DNA of 62,332 bases, counting the filler, from Nemertoderma westbladi (taxonomy: Eukaryota; Animalia; Xenacoelomorpha): NCBI GenBank assembly GCA_032718475.1. It is 3 parts of 3 records of this genome, joined end to end, with 100 filler letters (N's around TTAATTAATTAA, not from the genome) between each part and the next. Parts side by side here need not be neighbours in the genome. Positions count along the whole stretch, not along the records: positions 1 to 15,776 come from JAUCBJ010000288.1; positions 15,877 to 34,163 come from JAUCBJ010006380.1; 1 more part is not named here. One strand, 5' to 3'. This document shows, piece after piece, positions 12,173 to 23,700 of this stretch (within the stretch, counting starts at the first letter, position 1; each line of letters begins with the position of its first letter). The notes beneath the pieces are model-generated. The model saw nothing but the letters and a program-made list of their open reading frames with translations, had not been told where the DNA came from and did no database searches. Made by a program: the position numbers and the translations under genes.

Positions 12173-14947
12173 TTATTGAGATGCGAGACGGGAAAGTGGA
12201 GGGCAGTCGCTGCAGTTCAGTGCATGATATCGTCGTGTACATGGGAGGTTACAGTACTGACATATACATTCGGTGGATAGCGAGTGGAAAGGCGTTTGGT
12301 TGACGCAGATTAGGTGGTGGAACCCATGGGCGGTCGCACGAGTAATAACGTGCCTGTTACGCTGACCAGCCATCTTCCAATGGGAGCTCTGGAATCCGGG
12401 GCCGTCCAGAAAAGATTCTGTGATGAAGTTGTTGTTGCGTTCGCGTCGGTGCTCGCGGTATCTGGAGGAGACGTCATCAGTTAATAAGTCTGGATATTTC
12501 AATAGTACTGCGGCCATAAATGGAGGTTCGTTAATCAAGTTTAGAGCGAGTGTAGAGGAGGCTGATGTGTGGAGAGACAACATTCTTTTGATGTGTTGCG
12601 TCTTTATTTTATCCAATTCTTTAAGGTTCTGTAATGTTAGGTATTTACCAATACTAGTTATTAGGTAGAGTGCTGAAGGGGCAATTTTCATGTTGAATAT
12701 TTTTAGTCCTGTTTCAATAGAGAGTAAACGGAGATGTGTCAGTGAACCGATTGTTGAATAAGCAGTGGCTTTCTTTAACTGGATGTGCTCAGAGAAGCAG
12801 AGGGACAGTTGAAGGACTAGTCCGAGATACTCGTAACGGTTGACGATTTCTATGGGAGTGTTATTGTAGGTAAACTTGTCTGCGCAAGCTAGACGCCCGG
12901 CTTTACGGAATTTAATAATTTTAGTTTTCTTTAAGTTTACAGTCATTCCGTTTAGGAGGCACCAATCATATAACGCATCGAGAGCGCGTTGTAGTTCCTC
13001 GCGGTCATCGGAATACAGTGCCAGATCATCTGCGTAGAATATCAGTTTAATAAATCGACACACCCTAAGTATTGTATGGGCGAGATCAGCGATAAATATT
13101 ATAAAACACGTTGGGGATAGACAATCACCCTGGAGGATTCCGCGAAGTTGCTTAATGGTTTTCGATAGACGGAGTCCGTCGTATATTCGGATGTCATTGT
13201 TTAGTAGATCTTTAATTATACCGTAAATCTTCCCTTTAATACCAAAGTTATATAACTTGTAAAGAAGAACTGCCCTTGGGACAACATCAAACGCCTTCCG
13301 GAAGTCGACGAACGCGACAAAAACAAATCGCTTGCCGGAGCCAGTTCGGCGGAAGGACGCCGAGATATCGGCAAGAAGTTGCTCCACCGCGTGGCGAGTA
13401 GACCTCCCCTGCATAAATCCGTATTGGACCCCGGGTATTAGGTGGATTACGTGTAGGCGAATTCGCTTATTAATTATTGATGTAAATAATTTCAGGAGAA
13501 CCGAGAGGAGAGCGATTCCTCTATAATTATCTGGATCTGTTACAGAACCTTTTCGTTTGTAAAGGATCTTTATGATACTCTGATACCACAGTGTTGGTAA
13601 TTTCCCGAGGTTAATACAGGCATTGTATAAGAGTGTTAAGGGGACTAGAATAAATACGATGGTGGACTTTAGGTGTTCATAGAACAGTTGATCGGGGCCG
13701 CAGGATTTATTGTTCGCAGAATCGCGGATGGTTGCCGCAACTTCCTCGGCTGTGATTGGTTCATTGAACCATTCAGCGGAGGTTCGCTCACTGTCGGAAG
13801 AGTCGGGAACGGTTGGGCAGGATGGCGGGATGTTAGGGGTACCGACGAGGTTGGAGAAGTGGGACTCCAGCCTTGTGGAATCTATGGGGGCGACTGAGGA
13901 TTGTGTATCCTTAAATAGGAGCCAAGGTTTCACCTCGGCTTTATTGAGTTTTTGTAAGAGGCAGTTGTCCTCGTACTCCTGTCGTTTCGTTTTGATTAGC
14001 TTCTTATACTGTTTACGTTGATTCCAGAATTCCTTATTGTCGTCGCTAGACTGTTCGCGTCTCGTCATTGCCAGTAAGAGGGAACGCTTAAGTCGTTGGC
14101 AGTCAGTATCGAACCACGGTTTACCAGCGGATTGTTGTGGTTTCTTAGGGATCGTCGATTCTGTTAGTGTTTGTGTCAGTAGTGTAGTCGCTAGGTCAAT
14201 ATCTGAGTCTTCCAGAGCATTGCTGATTCCACTGGCCAATATAGTTGGGTGTACCCCAAGTTTATTAATGTCGATCTTTCGGCTTAACATGGGAGGTCGA
14301 TAGTCTATATCTATAAGAGGGTCGGGAATATAAATTGTTGCTGTAACGCGTTGGTGTTTTCGGATCGGGTTAGTGGTTACAGTTATTGTATGCGTCTGAT
14401 TGGTAGGACCCAGGAGTCTTACGAACACTAGGTCAATACAACTCGTTCCCTGTGGAGAGCAATAAGTTGCTACGGTTGGGTCGTTTAAACATATAAACCC
14501 TAGGTTGGACAGATAGTCGCTGAGCTTAGAACCCCGGTCGCCGGAGTCGAGACGGCAGTTGAAATCCCCACCGATTATAGTGGTTTTGTTTGGATCAGTT
14601 TGTGCAAGAGCGCCTGCGATGAAGAGAATAACGTCTTCAACCTGGTGGTTTGGATTGAAGTAGAAAACCGCTATGTTGGATGCCCGAGTGTTGATGATAA
14701 TGAACTGTTTTTCTGTTGCGATAAGAGATGGATCTAAGTTAGGTTTGCATAAGATAGAGAGTCCCTCTGAAGGGCGCCCCCTTCTTTGAGTGACGGCTGG
14801 TTCTATAAATGGATAATAGTTATTTACATTACACAAAGTTGATTTCGAATAAAATGTTTCAGTTAGTAATAATACATCGTCATTAATAAATAGCTCATCC
14901 GGGGTCAGGTTATCTAGAATAAACTGTAGACCTTCGACGTTCCACAC
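12173..14947 (-). CDS. LINE ORF2: AP endonuclease + reverse transcriptase + Cys/His C-terminus
   Basis: WNVEGL, ETF, GGDFN, SCIDL (APE); NYRGIALL, FVDFRKAFD, GILQGDCLSP, YADD, YEYLG (RT); CQYC...H...C tail. Confidence 0.92.
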   Translation of the reverse strand: MWNVEGLQFILDNLTPDELFINDDVLLLTETFYSKSTLCNVNNYYPFIEPAVTQRRGRPSEGLSILCKPNLDPSLIATEKQFIIINTRASNIAVFYFNPNHQVEDVILFIAGALAQTDPNKTTIIGGDFNCRLDSGDRGSKLSDYLSNLGFICLNDPTVATYCSPQGTSCIDLVFVRLLGPTNQTHTITVTTNPIRKHQRVTATIYIPDPLIDIDYRPPMLSRKIDINKLGVHPTILASGISNALEDSDIDLATTLLTQTLTESTIPKKPQQSAGKPWFDTDCQRLKRSLLLAMTRREQSSDDNKEFWNQRKQYKKLIKTKRQEYEDNCLLQKLNKAEVKPWLLFKDTQSSVAPIDSTRLESHFSNLVGTPNIPPSCPTVPDSSDSERTSAEWFNEPITAEEVAATIRDSANNKSCGPDQLFYEHLKSTIVFILVPLTLLYNACINLGKLPTLWYQSIIKILYKRKGSVTDPDNYRGIALLSVLLKLFTSIINKRIRLHVIHLIPGVQYGFMQGRSTRHAVEQLLADISASFRRTGSGKRFVFVAFVDFRKAFDVVPRAVLLYKLYNFGIKGKIYGIIKDLLNNDIRIYDGLRLSKTIKQLRGILQGDCLSPTCFIIFIADLAHTILRVCRFIKLIFYADDLALYSDDREELQRALDALYDWCLLNGMTVNLKKTKIIKFRKAGRLACADKFTYNNTPIEIVNRYEYLGLVLQLSLCFSEHIQLKKATAYSTIGSLTHLRLLSIETGLKIFNMKIAPSALYLITSIGKYLTLQNLKELDKIKTQHIKRMLSLHTSASSTLALNLINEPPFMAAVLLKYPDLLTDDVSSRYREHRRERNNNFITESFLDGPGFQSSHWKMAGQRNRHVITRATAHGFHHLICVNQTPFHSLSTECICQYCNLPCTRRYHALNCSDCPPLSRLASQ

Positions 14948-14973
14948 AGAGAGTTTAATCGATTGGGGGAGCG

Positions 14974-15747
14974 CTACGGAGGGGGTGGGTTGCGGGTGAG
15001 GTTGTTGTCCCCCGAGACCGCGGTAGCTGAATTTGCAACTATCTGCGGTAAAGGGACCGGGTTTGGGTTGAGAAATCGAGGTTTGAGTCCATATCGAACA
15101 CGTTCTTCGTCATTGAGTGCGTAGTTCCGGATGCTGATGCCTGCACCCCAGGCATCGGGGTTCATTAAGGAATCTCGATCGACTTGATCACAGATCACGT
15201 GGAAGCTAATAAACGGGGAGTCTGTTCTTGGAATGATGGGTATTACTTCCTCGAAGGGGAGTTCCTCCTTGGTTAGGTAGTTGCTAACCTCCTCGGCGGT
15301 GACGGACGGATCTAGTCTGCCTATGTGGATGTGAGCCTTTCGGACTGTTGGCGTTTTCTGTTGGAGCTGGGGAACTCTGAGAGTGCCACCAACCTTGTTC
15401 CCGCGAAGAGATTCTGGTCGAGGTGTACGAGGTCCTGTAGGTAGCCTAGTGAGGTTAGATTCGCGGCGGACGTATGAGGTTGGGGTTGATTCCCAGCCCC
15501 GAACCGGAGGGCTCGATGTAGGAACCGGAACCGTTTTGGCGTGGAAGAGCTCGTTCTTTGCAGCAATTGTTTCCTCGCGAGATTCGGCGAGTTTACCGAG
15601 GGTTACCGTGTACATAGAGCTCATGGCGATAAGTTTTTCGGATACTGATTTCTCTTCGTCGACAGTTACTGATTTCTTTCGCTTGAAAGATTGAACTAAA
15701 CGAATGATATCATCTTGAAGCGCTATAAACTTCGCGGCTTCCACCAT
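14974..15747 (-). CDS. LINE ORF1 (RRM-like C-terminal domain)
   Basis: Immediately upstream of ORF2; IHIGRLDP...SFHV...PDAW.AGI.IR pattern typical of LINE ORF1. Confidence 0.75.
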   Translation of the reverse strand: MVEAAKFIALQDDIIRLVQSFKRKKSVTVDEEKSVSEKLIAMSSMYTVTLGKLAESREETIAAKNELFHAKTVPVPTSSPPVRGWESTPTSYVRRESNLTRLPTGPRTPRPESLRGNKVGGTLRVPQLQQKTPTVRKAHIHIGRLDPSVTAEEVSNYLTKEELPFEEVIPIIPRTDSPFISFHVICDQVDRDSLMNPDAWGAGISIRNYALNDEERVRYGLKPRFLNPNPVPLPQIVANSATAVSGDNNLTRNPPPP

Positions 15748-15776
15748 ATCGCAATAATAATCAGATAGTGCAGTAG

Positions 15777-15877
15777 NNNNNNNNNNNNNNNNNNNNNNNN
15801 NNNNNNNNNNNNNNNNNNNNTTAATTAATTAANNNNNNNNNNNNNNNNNNNNNNNNNNNNNNNNNNNNNNNNNNNNG
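15777..15877. other. Assembly gap with TTAATTAATTAA linker
   Basis: N-run, 12-bp six-frame-stop linker, N-run. Confidence 0.97.
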
Positions 15878-16016
15878 AGCATACACCAGGAGCATACACC
15901 AGGAGCATACACCAGGAGCATACACCAGGAGCATACACCAGGAGCATACACCAGGGGCATACACCAGGGGCATACACCAGGAGCATACACCAGGGGCATA
16001 CACCAGGAGCATACAC
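15878..16016 (+). repeat. 13-bp tandem array GAGCATACACCAG (left arm, cut by gap)
   Basis: About 10 direct units. Confidence 0.9.
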
Positions 16017-16700
16017 AGTGATATTAATATTAAAAATTATTATAGTGGAAATTATAATACTGGGAATTAGATCAACAAATCAATTTATTTGTTAAGTATA
16101 AGACGGTCGACCGACGCAGAAATAAAAAATGTAATTATTACGTGCTTATAAGCGAGGGGCCCAATAGGCCCCTTCTTCAGGTAATTTAATTACACAGTAG
16201 GTTATATCCGTCTTATCATCAACATCAATATCAATAACATCAATACTGTAATAGGTTTACCACATTACTGGGAAGGGGAACCAGTTACTGTACCTACCGC
16301 TACAGGTCAGATCCAACTACTTAACTATGTAGGTCTGTAGGTGGCAAGGCTGCTAGATTTATGGCCGTATAGATAGACCTAGGTAGGCATACCATACTGG
16401 TACTGTAAAAGTACCGTAACAGTTGGGATGTTCTCTGTTAAACGTCTTGTCAGAAATTACTAAATTAAGTTAGGCCTAAACTTCCTATAGGAATAGGCCT
16501 TACAAACAATAACCTATTATTAGGCCTATTAGCAGACCAAGATACCGGTACCAACCAACTACTATACTGCTTCTACCATTACCGTAGACAGTACAGCAGT
16601 AGGCCTACAATTACATGAATTACAAAATTTAACTTTACCAGTCAGCCAGCGCAAATGACCAGCAGTACTGTACTGTACAGTGTACAGTACGGTACGGTAC

Positions 16701-16869
16701 TGTATGCTCCTGGTGTATGCTCCTGGTGTATGCTCCTGGTGTATGCTCCTGGTGTATGCTCCTGGTGTATGCTCCTGGTGTATGCTCCTGGTGTATGCTC
16801 CTGGTGTATGCTCCTGGTGTATGCTCCATCCTGGTGTATGCTCCTGGTGTATGCTCCTGGTGTATGCTC
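16701..16869 (-). repeat. Inverted 13-bp tandem array (right arm)
   Basis: (CTGGTGTATGCTC)n is the reverse complement of the left array. Confidence 0.9.
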
Positions 16870-16950
16870 AACGTATACTCCCGAAAATTTGCTATCAAAT
16901 GAATATTTACTTTTAGGAAGACTTAAATTTAATAAAATAAAAAAACTAAC

Positions 16951-17708
16951 CTGTGGAATCCATCCAATACTTTAAGTAAACCCCTGAGGTCTTTCTTCGT
17001 GAGGTGTTCCAGCATTCGGGCGTCTACTAGACACTCCATGAATGAGCTCTTGTACTGCGCGAGGCCGAGACTGGGCAACCACTCCAAGCCAACCCACTCG
17101 TGGTTCGTGTCGGGATTCCACCGAGTGCGGGGAGGGTTGGCGGACAGTTGCGGGGCCGAGGGCGACGTCAGGTTCGCGGTTTCCTTTATCGCGAGTCGGA
17201 GTTTCAGTCGATGCAACGGGTTGGTGATCCCGATCTCGCGTTGTATCTCCGTGTCCGTCAGGGCGGACATGATGGCGCCGGACTTTACGTTGGCCCGACA
17301 GGCGGACACGTACCACGCGGGCATCCCGACCCAGAGCTCGAGCCAGGCGACCACGGTGGGCCCGCTCCACAACGCGAACGGCCGTCGACGCGCGAACGCC
17401 TCCTCGAGCAGCTCGGCTTTCTGCCGTTGTCTCCGGTCGTAGTCCCGCTGTTGGCCCGTGTACAGCGACTCCTGACTGCCCTCGCTGTCCGACAGACCGC
17501 TGCCCCCGGATAGGTTCTCCTTACTGCCTAACTTTCGCTTGTTGCCGAATATTTTCCCGATCGAGCCGCGGAACCCAAAGCGTTTGCTCTTCTGGAAGCT
17601 GGAATAAGCGGCGGACGATGATTGGGTGTTGCTCGGTAACGTGTAGGATCGGTTAGCCAATGGGGAGAGCCGTTGGGAATGTGAGCCCATGCATTGATGG
17701 AGCGAATC
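16951..17708 (-). CDS. PPFIA: Liprin-alpha exon: SAM1 and start of SAM2
   Basis: AG|GAT acceptor gives SQ-DSLH; donor AG|GTTAGT after DGFHR. Confidence 0.93.
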
Positions 17709-20700
17709 CTAATTAAAATATAAATGATGTGTTTTACATTCAATATCAAAATAATACTCTGTGAGAATATTATATTATAAGTATTTTGATTTGGATCAAC
17801 TTCAGTACAAATATGCCACAGCCAGTCCTCACGGTAGATTTTCTACGTAAAAAAGCAAACCCAGTATTTCTATGGTTGAGTATGGGCTGTCCACCATGCT
17901 TTATTTTATCCATGGGACTGCCAAACCACAAGATTGTGCACTGGCTGGTCCTCACGGCGAAAGCAATGTCCTGCAAAGCGGGGGCGGCTTTGTTCTAGTG
18001 TCAAGCTTGGGGGAACCAATGAGACATCTCCAATGTTATATAGTGTCTGGTTGGAGATGTGTGCATTGTACTTGACACAGTGAACTTGAAACTTCACAAA
18101 GAGCAGAATAGAAAGGACGGAAACAATTTAGCATGACGTCATAAAGTAATATGCCAACCGGAAGTAGAGCAACCTACCTGACTTCCGTTGGTGCTGCTAC
18201 ATGGCGAGCCGCTACCTTCCGACTCCAGGGAGCCCCCGCCCCCTCCGCTGGTCAACCCATCCTCAATGACGTCACCGTTGCTAGCGGCACCCGCGGGCGG
18301 GATCCGGACGCCGCGCAGACTGTGCGGCGGCGAGGGCTCGTCAACGCCCCCCAGCGGTTGGGAATGGTACCGAGAACCCGCGAGGTAATCGTAGGCGCCC
18401 TGAGACCCCGAGGTCTCCAGGTACTCGTTGCCACGGATACCGGGCGCGTTGCCAGGGTGATCCCCGGGTCGAGCGCCGTTGAACTCGTCGTAGGCGCGAC
18501 CGCCGGTCGACGGCTGGCGGTAAACGCTGGTGGAGTTCTGGTGCGCGAACTTTATGTCGAGCGTGGTGGGGGGTTTCGCGGACTCGAGTTTGAATTGGGC
18601 GGCGTTCGGGGACGTCCGGTTGAGGATCCCGGAAGCCGCCGAGTCGGGAGAGGCACCCGGGTTCGGTTGCCATAGATGCGAGATGTCGGTGAGACTCGCC
18701 GAACCGACGCGAGATTCCAACTCCTCGGCCCGAATCTCAGCCGTATCTTTCTCTTCCTGCAAAACAAAATCAATAAATTGAGTTAAACAATTTAGAATCC
18801 TTATTTTTATGTTAATTACAATAAGTATTAGTTGACTGGGATAGGATACCACCACTCACCTGAATCAACTGTATCTCGTTGTTAATCGCTTCCAGTTGTT
18901 CCTGCAGCATCATTGCGAGCTGATGGGCGTCGGTGTGACTGTCCGGCGACAGTAGCTCGCTGTCCAGCCGCACTCCGTCCACCAACTCGTCGCGCGACGC
19001 CGACGAACTGAAGGCCTCCTGCACGTTGGCCAGGATGTGGGCTTGCTGTTCCCTCTCCCAGTCCATCTCGTTCAGGGTAAACACCCGCCCCGGAGATTCT
19101 ACAAATATTTATAGAAAACAAAATATAGTTCACAAGCAGTAAACAGATAGAAAATCGCCAAACCAAAGGCTTTCCTTGGGTTGATAAGTTAAGAACAAAT
19201 TTTTACCATTATAATTAATTATTTTCTTTCTACTTTTCTGCGTTTTTGGTTATAATAAACACACCCGTATTATAATGCTAAAAAGTGATACTTTTCATAA
19301 AAGTATGTTATATAGTTTTTTTTTTTATATTGGTAAGGATATTATTTCATTATCATTACATTCCATCCTTGACTAAAAAATAAATATATTAAATCAAAAT
19401 TAATAATTTAAATACTATATTTATGTTAATTATTGATGGGTTTCCAAGTTTCATATACAAGTCTGACTCACCTCTCACGGCCTGTCGCGGTTTATTTGTT
19501 CTAGAACGTATATTGGCGTTAGGAATTGTTGAGTTGGTGTCGGAATGAATGGAATGGTTCCAGATGGAATGATCACCGCCAGTCCAAGAATACCTCAGTT
19601 CACTGGGAACCTCCATGGAACACCTAAGGCGGGTGGTAAAGGGAATTCCTTAATGGTCATTAAAGGAAATAAAAATAGTCACTATTTATTTAATCATTGT
19701 ATTGTAAGACTTAATGCTTTATTTGGTAGCAATTAAAAGTATTTTATAAAAGGCTTACTCCCCATGCATGGATGTTACAGTACTATTACTACAACTTATA
19801 ATAATAATAATTAATAATACTCTAAATGTCACAGAACTGCACAAAGAAAATGTAACACTAGACTGACCTTGATTGCATTTTTCGTAACTCCAACTTCGTA
19901 TTATCTAACTCCATACGAAGTCTCCTCAACTCATCGGCACTATTCATCTTTTCTTGTTGAACATCTTCCAACTGTCGTCTACTTTCATCGACTTCTTGTA
20001 TCAGCAAATTCTTTTCTTCCAATGCCGACATTTTCTCCTGAAAGACGACAACAAGACAAATAGGACTGCGAACTAGGAACAAGTTCAACATGATTGGCCT
20101 TTCTTTAAGTCGGAAAAGCACGATCCCAAAGAATTCACGTGGGATTCATTCGCAATGAATAATGAGGCTATTTATCTTGTCCGAGGCAACTCTAAGGCAC
20201 GAGGAATCCTAAGTTCTGTGGCAATCATACCCGAGCTATTATAGCTGAGTAGTGGCTGTGTGATCATAAGTTCATGGGCCTCACTCAATATACTGCCAAT
20301 TGAGAAAAATCACGATAAACTTTTATTAAGGATTTTTATTCCACAAAATTGCCTTTTATAACCGATTTTCCGTATAAACCACGTTTCAGGAATAAATATT
20401 GGACTTTTTCTCCTTCAGATTCACTTTTATTCAGCTATTAATAGTGGATGTGTATTAAATTGTGTTTCTACTGATGTAGACATTACATTAAAACAACCTC
20501 CCGAAGAATGATAACGTAGCTTGAGTGTCATAAAGGCCCGAAGTAAAAAAAAAAGTAATGATATTTGATTTGAAAAAATATTTCGAGTTTATATAAATCG
20601 CAGACCCGGTCGTTATTATTGTTGAATGTCGGGTTTCCGACAGTCTGCACGGTGGTAGCACTTACCTTTAGTGTTGAATGTCGGGTTTCCGACAGTCTGC

Positions 20701-23700
20701 ACGTTGGTAGCACTTACCTTTAGTGTTGAATGTCGGGTTTCCGACAGTCTGCACGTTGGTAGCACTTACCTTTAGTGTTGAATGTCGGGTTTCCGACAGT
20801 CTGCACGTTGGTAGCACTTACCTTTAGTGTTGAATGTCGGGTTTCCGACAGTCTGCACGTTGGTAGCACTTACCTTTAGTGTTCAATGTCGGGTTTCCGA
20901 CAGTCTGCACGTTGGTAGCACTTACCTTTAGTGTTGAATGTCGGGTTTCCGACGGTCTGCACGTTGGTAGCACTTACCTTTAGTGTTGAATGTCGGGTTT
21001 CCGACAGTCTGCACGTTGGAAGCACTTACCTTTAGTGTTGAATGTCGGGTTTCCGACAGTCTGCACGTTGGTAGCACTTACCTTTAGTGTTGAATGTCGG
21101 GTTTCCGACAGTCTGCACGTTGGTAGCACTTACCTTTAGTGTTGAATGTCGGGTTTCCGACAGTCTGCACGTTGGTAGCACTTACCTTTAGTGTTGAATG
21201 TCGGGTTTCCGACAGTCTGCACGTTGGTAGCACTTACCTTTAGTGTTCAATGTCGGGTTTCCGACAGTCTGCACGTTGGTAGCACTTACCTTTAGTGTTG
21301 AATGTCGGGTTTCCGACGGTCTGCACGTTGGTAGCACTTACCTTTAGTGTTGAATGTCGGGTTTCCGACAGTCTGCACGTTGGAAGCACTTACCTTTAGT
21401 GTTGAATGTCGGGTTTCCGACAGTCTGCACGTTGGTAGCACTTACCTTTAGTGTTGAATGTCGGGTTTCCGACAGTCTGCACGTTGGTAGGACTTACCTT
21501 TAGTGTTGAATGTCGGGTTTCCGACAGTCTGCACGTTGGTAGGACTTACCTTTAGTGTTGAATGTCGGGTTTCCGACAGTCTGCACGTTGGAAGCACTTA
21601 CCTTTAGTGTTGAATGTCGGGTTTCCGACAGTCTGCACGTTGGTAGCACTTACCTTTAGTGTTGAATGTCGGGTTTCCGACGGTCTGCACGTTGGTAGGA
21701 CTTACCTTTAGTGTTGAATGTCGGGTTTCCGACAGTCTGCACGTTGGTAGCACTTACCTTTAGTGTTGAATGTCGGGTTTCCGACAGTCTGCACGTTGGT
21801 AGGACTTACCTTTAGTGTTGAATGTCGGGTTTCCGACAGTCTGCACGTTGGAAGCACTTACCTTTAGTGTTGAATGTCGGGTTTCCGACAGTCTGCACGT
21901 TGGTAGCACTTACCTTTAGTGTTGAATGTCGGGTTTCCGACGGTCTGCACGTTGGAAGCACTTACCTTTAGTGTTGAATGTCGGGTTTCCGACAGTCTGC
22001 ACGTTGGTAGCACTTACCTTTAGTGTTGAATGTCGGGTTTCCGACAGTCTGCACGTTGGTAGCACTTACCTTTAGTGTTGAATGTCGGGTTTCCGACAGT
22101 CTGCACGTTGGTAGCACTTACCTTTAGTTTCCGGCAGTCTGCACGTTGGTAGCACTTACCTTTAAATGATTCTGGAGCCTGTCGTTGCTCTCCTGTAAGA
22201 GTTTATCTATAGTCTGACTTAGTTTAGCGTTGTGTTCCTCATTCATACGTTCCCGCTGACGCGTTCTCTCCAACTCTAAACTGTGTTCCTCAACCTGATT
22301 CCTTAACATCTTCATCTGAAATAGAAACGGTCGAATAGGTTGAGGTAATCGGGACAATATCATCTCTCGATGGGACTATTACAGTGTTCGCCACTCACAC
22401 TCCTCACCTCAGCCATCAACGTTCCTCTACCGTTCAATACACATGTCCCCCACCCCATTCACACAACCTCACTAACCTGTTCCACAACCGTTTCCTACCA
22501 CCCCCCCTCACCTCACCGGTCCTACTCCCGTTCCCTACTCCCCCCTCACCTGTTCCCTATACCACTGTTCCATACTCACCTGTTCCTCGACCGTTCCTTG
22601 TCTTTGTTCCGCTTTACATAAAGCCTCCTTGCGTTCCTCCAGTTCTGCTTCCACTTCCGGTAGTGCCTCTGCTCTGCGTTGAGTCTGAGACAACTTTTGT
22701 TCCGCCATATTTAGCCGTTCCTATACAAAGATAGTTGTATTTAGTTATTTATCACTGTGTACAATTTATTTGATATCAATAACACAATAACATTGCGGTT
22801 GCATCAAATAATCATAAATCCATCACCAGTGACTAGAACTATAATAGTATAGAAGAAGGCATACCAAGTGGATCGAAGTGAGAATGAGTTGTGCAAAAAC
22901 AACTCAAAGATTTATAATAATACTGCGATATTTTTACGAAGGGAGTAAAACTCACATTCGATAATATATTATTATAGCTAAATAAAGTCTATATTTTATT
23001 GCGTAATCTTATTTCCCTTCTATGGGGGCAGCGGGCACTACAACTCCTGTAAGATAATAAACCGAAAGGCGGGTTTCTCCAAAAAGTTTAAGCTGCTAAT
23101 AACTAAAAATCAACATATTTCTCGTTTGATTGACGTAGAAGACGCTAAAAAGTTCATTTCCATCGCAGGTCATAGTCCTATGAGCTCATAGGCCTCCTGA
23201 GGCCATCCATCGATCAAACACAAGCCGACAACCTCCAACACAATGAATACCTCCCGCGCACCCATGTATCCCATATCTATTGTGTGCCAAAATATTGTCG
23301 ATGATTTCAGTTAACCGGAGATATATATTTATCAATTGATCAATTTATATTCGCCAACTGGGTGGAATTAAACCGCTCTATCCCGTAGTAACTTATCGCA
23401 TTATATTGATTGAGTTTAGGAGTCTACCTCGGTAGTAAAAGGTCATTTAAGGTCAATGATTATAATTATAGTGACGCGTGTATTTGTCATTAACCGAGTT
23501 GACACATCATATTTCTCCCTAAGTACTATGTAGCTAAAGTAAAGTGACATCCAGCCGTAAGAGTGTAACAACAATCGATTTATTTTTACATCTTCACGAA
23601 GTCAATACAACCGACCCCAAATATCCAATCTGTCGAAATTTATTAAAACTTTATGTTACAAAAATATGTCCAAAAACTTCAAAATTTACCACAAAAAGCC

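Larger units (their letters stand above)
12075..15776 (-). mobile_element. Two-ORF APE-type LINE, apparently intact (clade unresolved; 5' end runs into gap)
   Basis: ORF1 plus uninterrupted ORF2; short AT-rich 3' UTR. Confidence 0.85.

Noticed and set aside
15821-15832. TTAATTAATTAA between N-runs (also 34208-34219)
   Set aside because: Artificial scaffold linker
20621-22160. CRISPR-like palindromic repeats
   Set aside because: Units are head-to-tail with no unique spacers, there are no cas genes, and the array is in a eukaryotic intron
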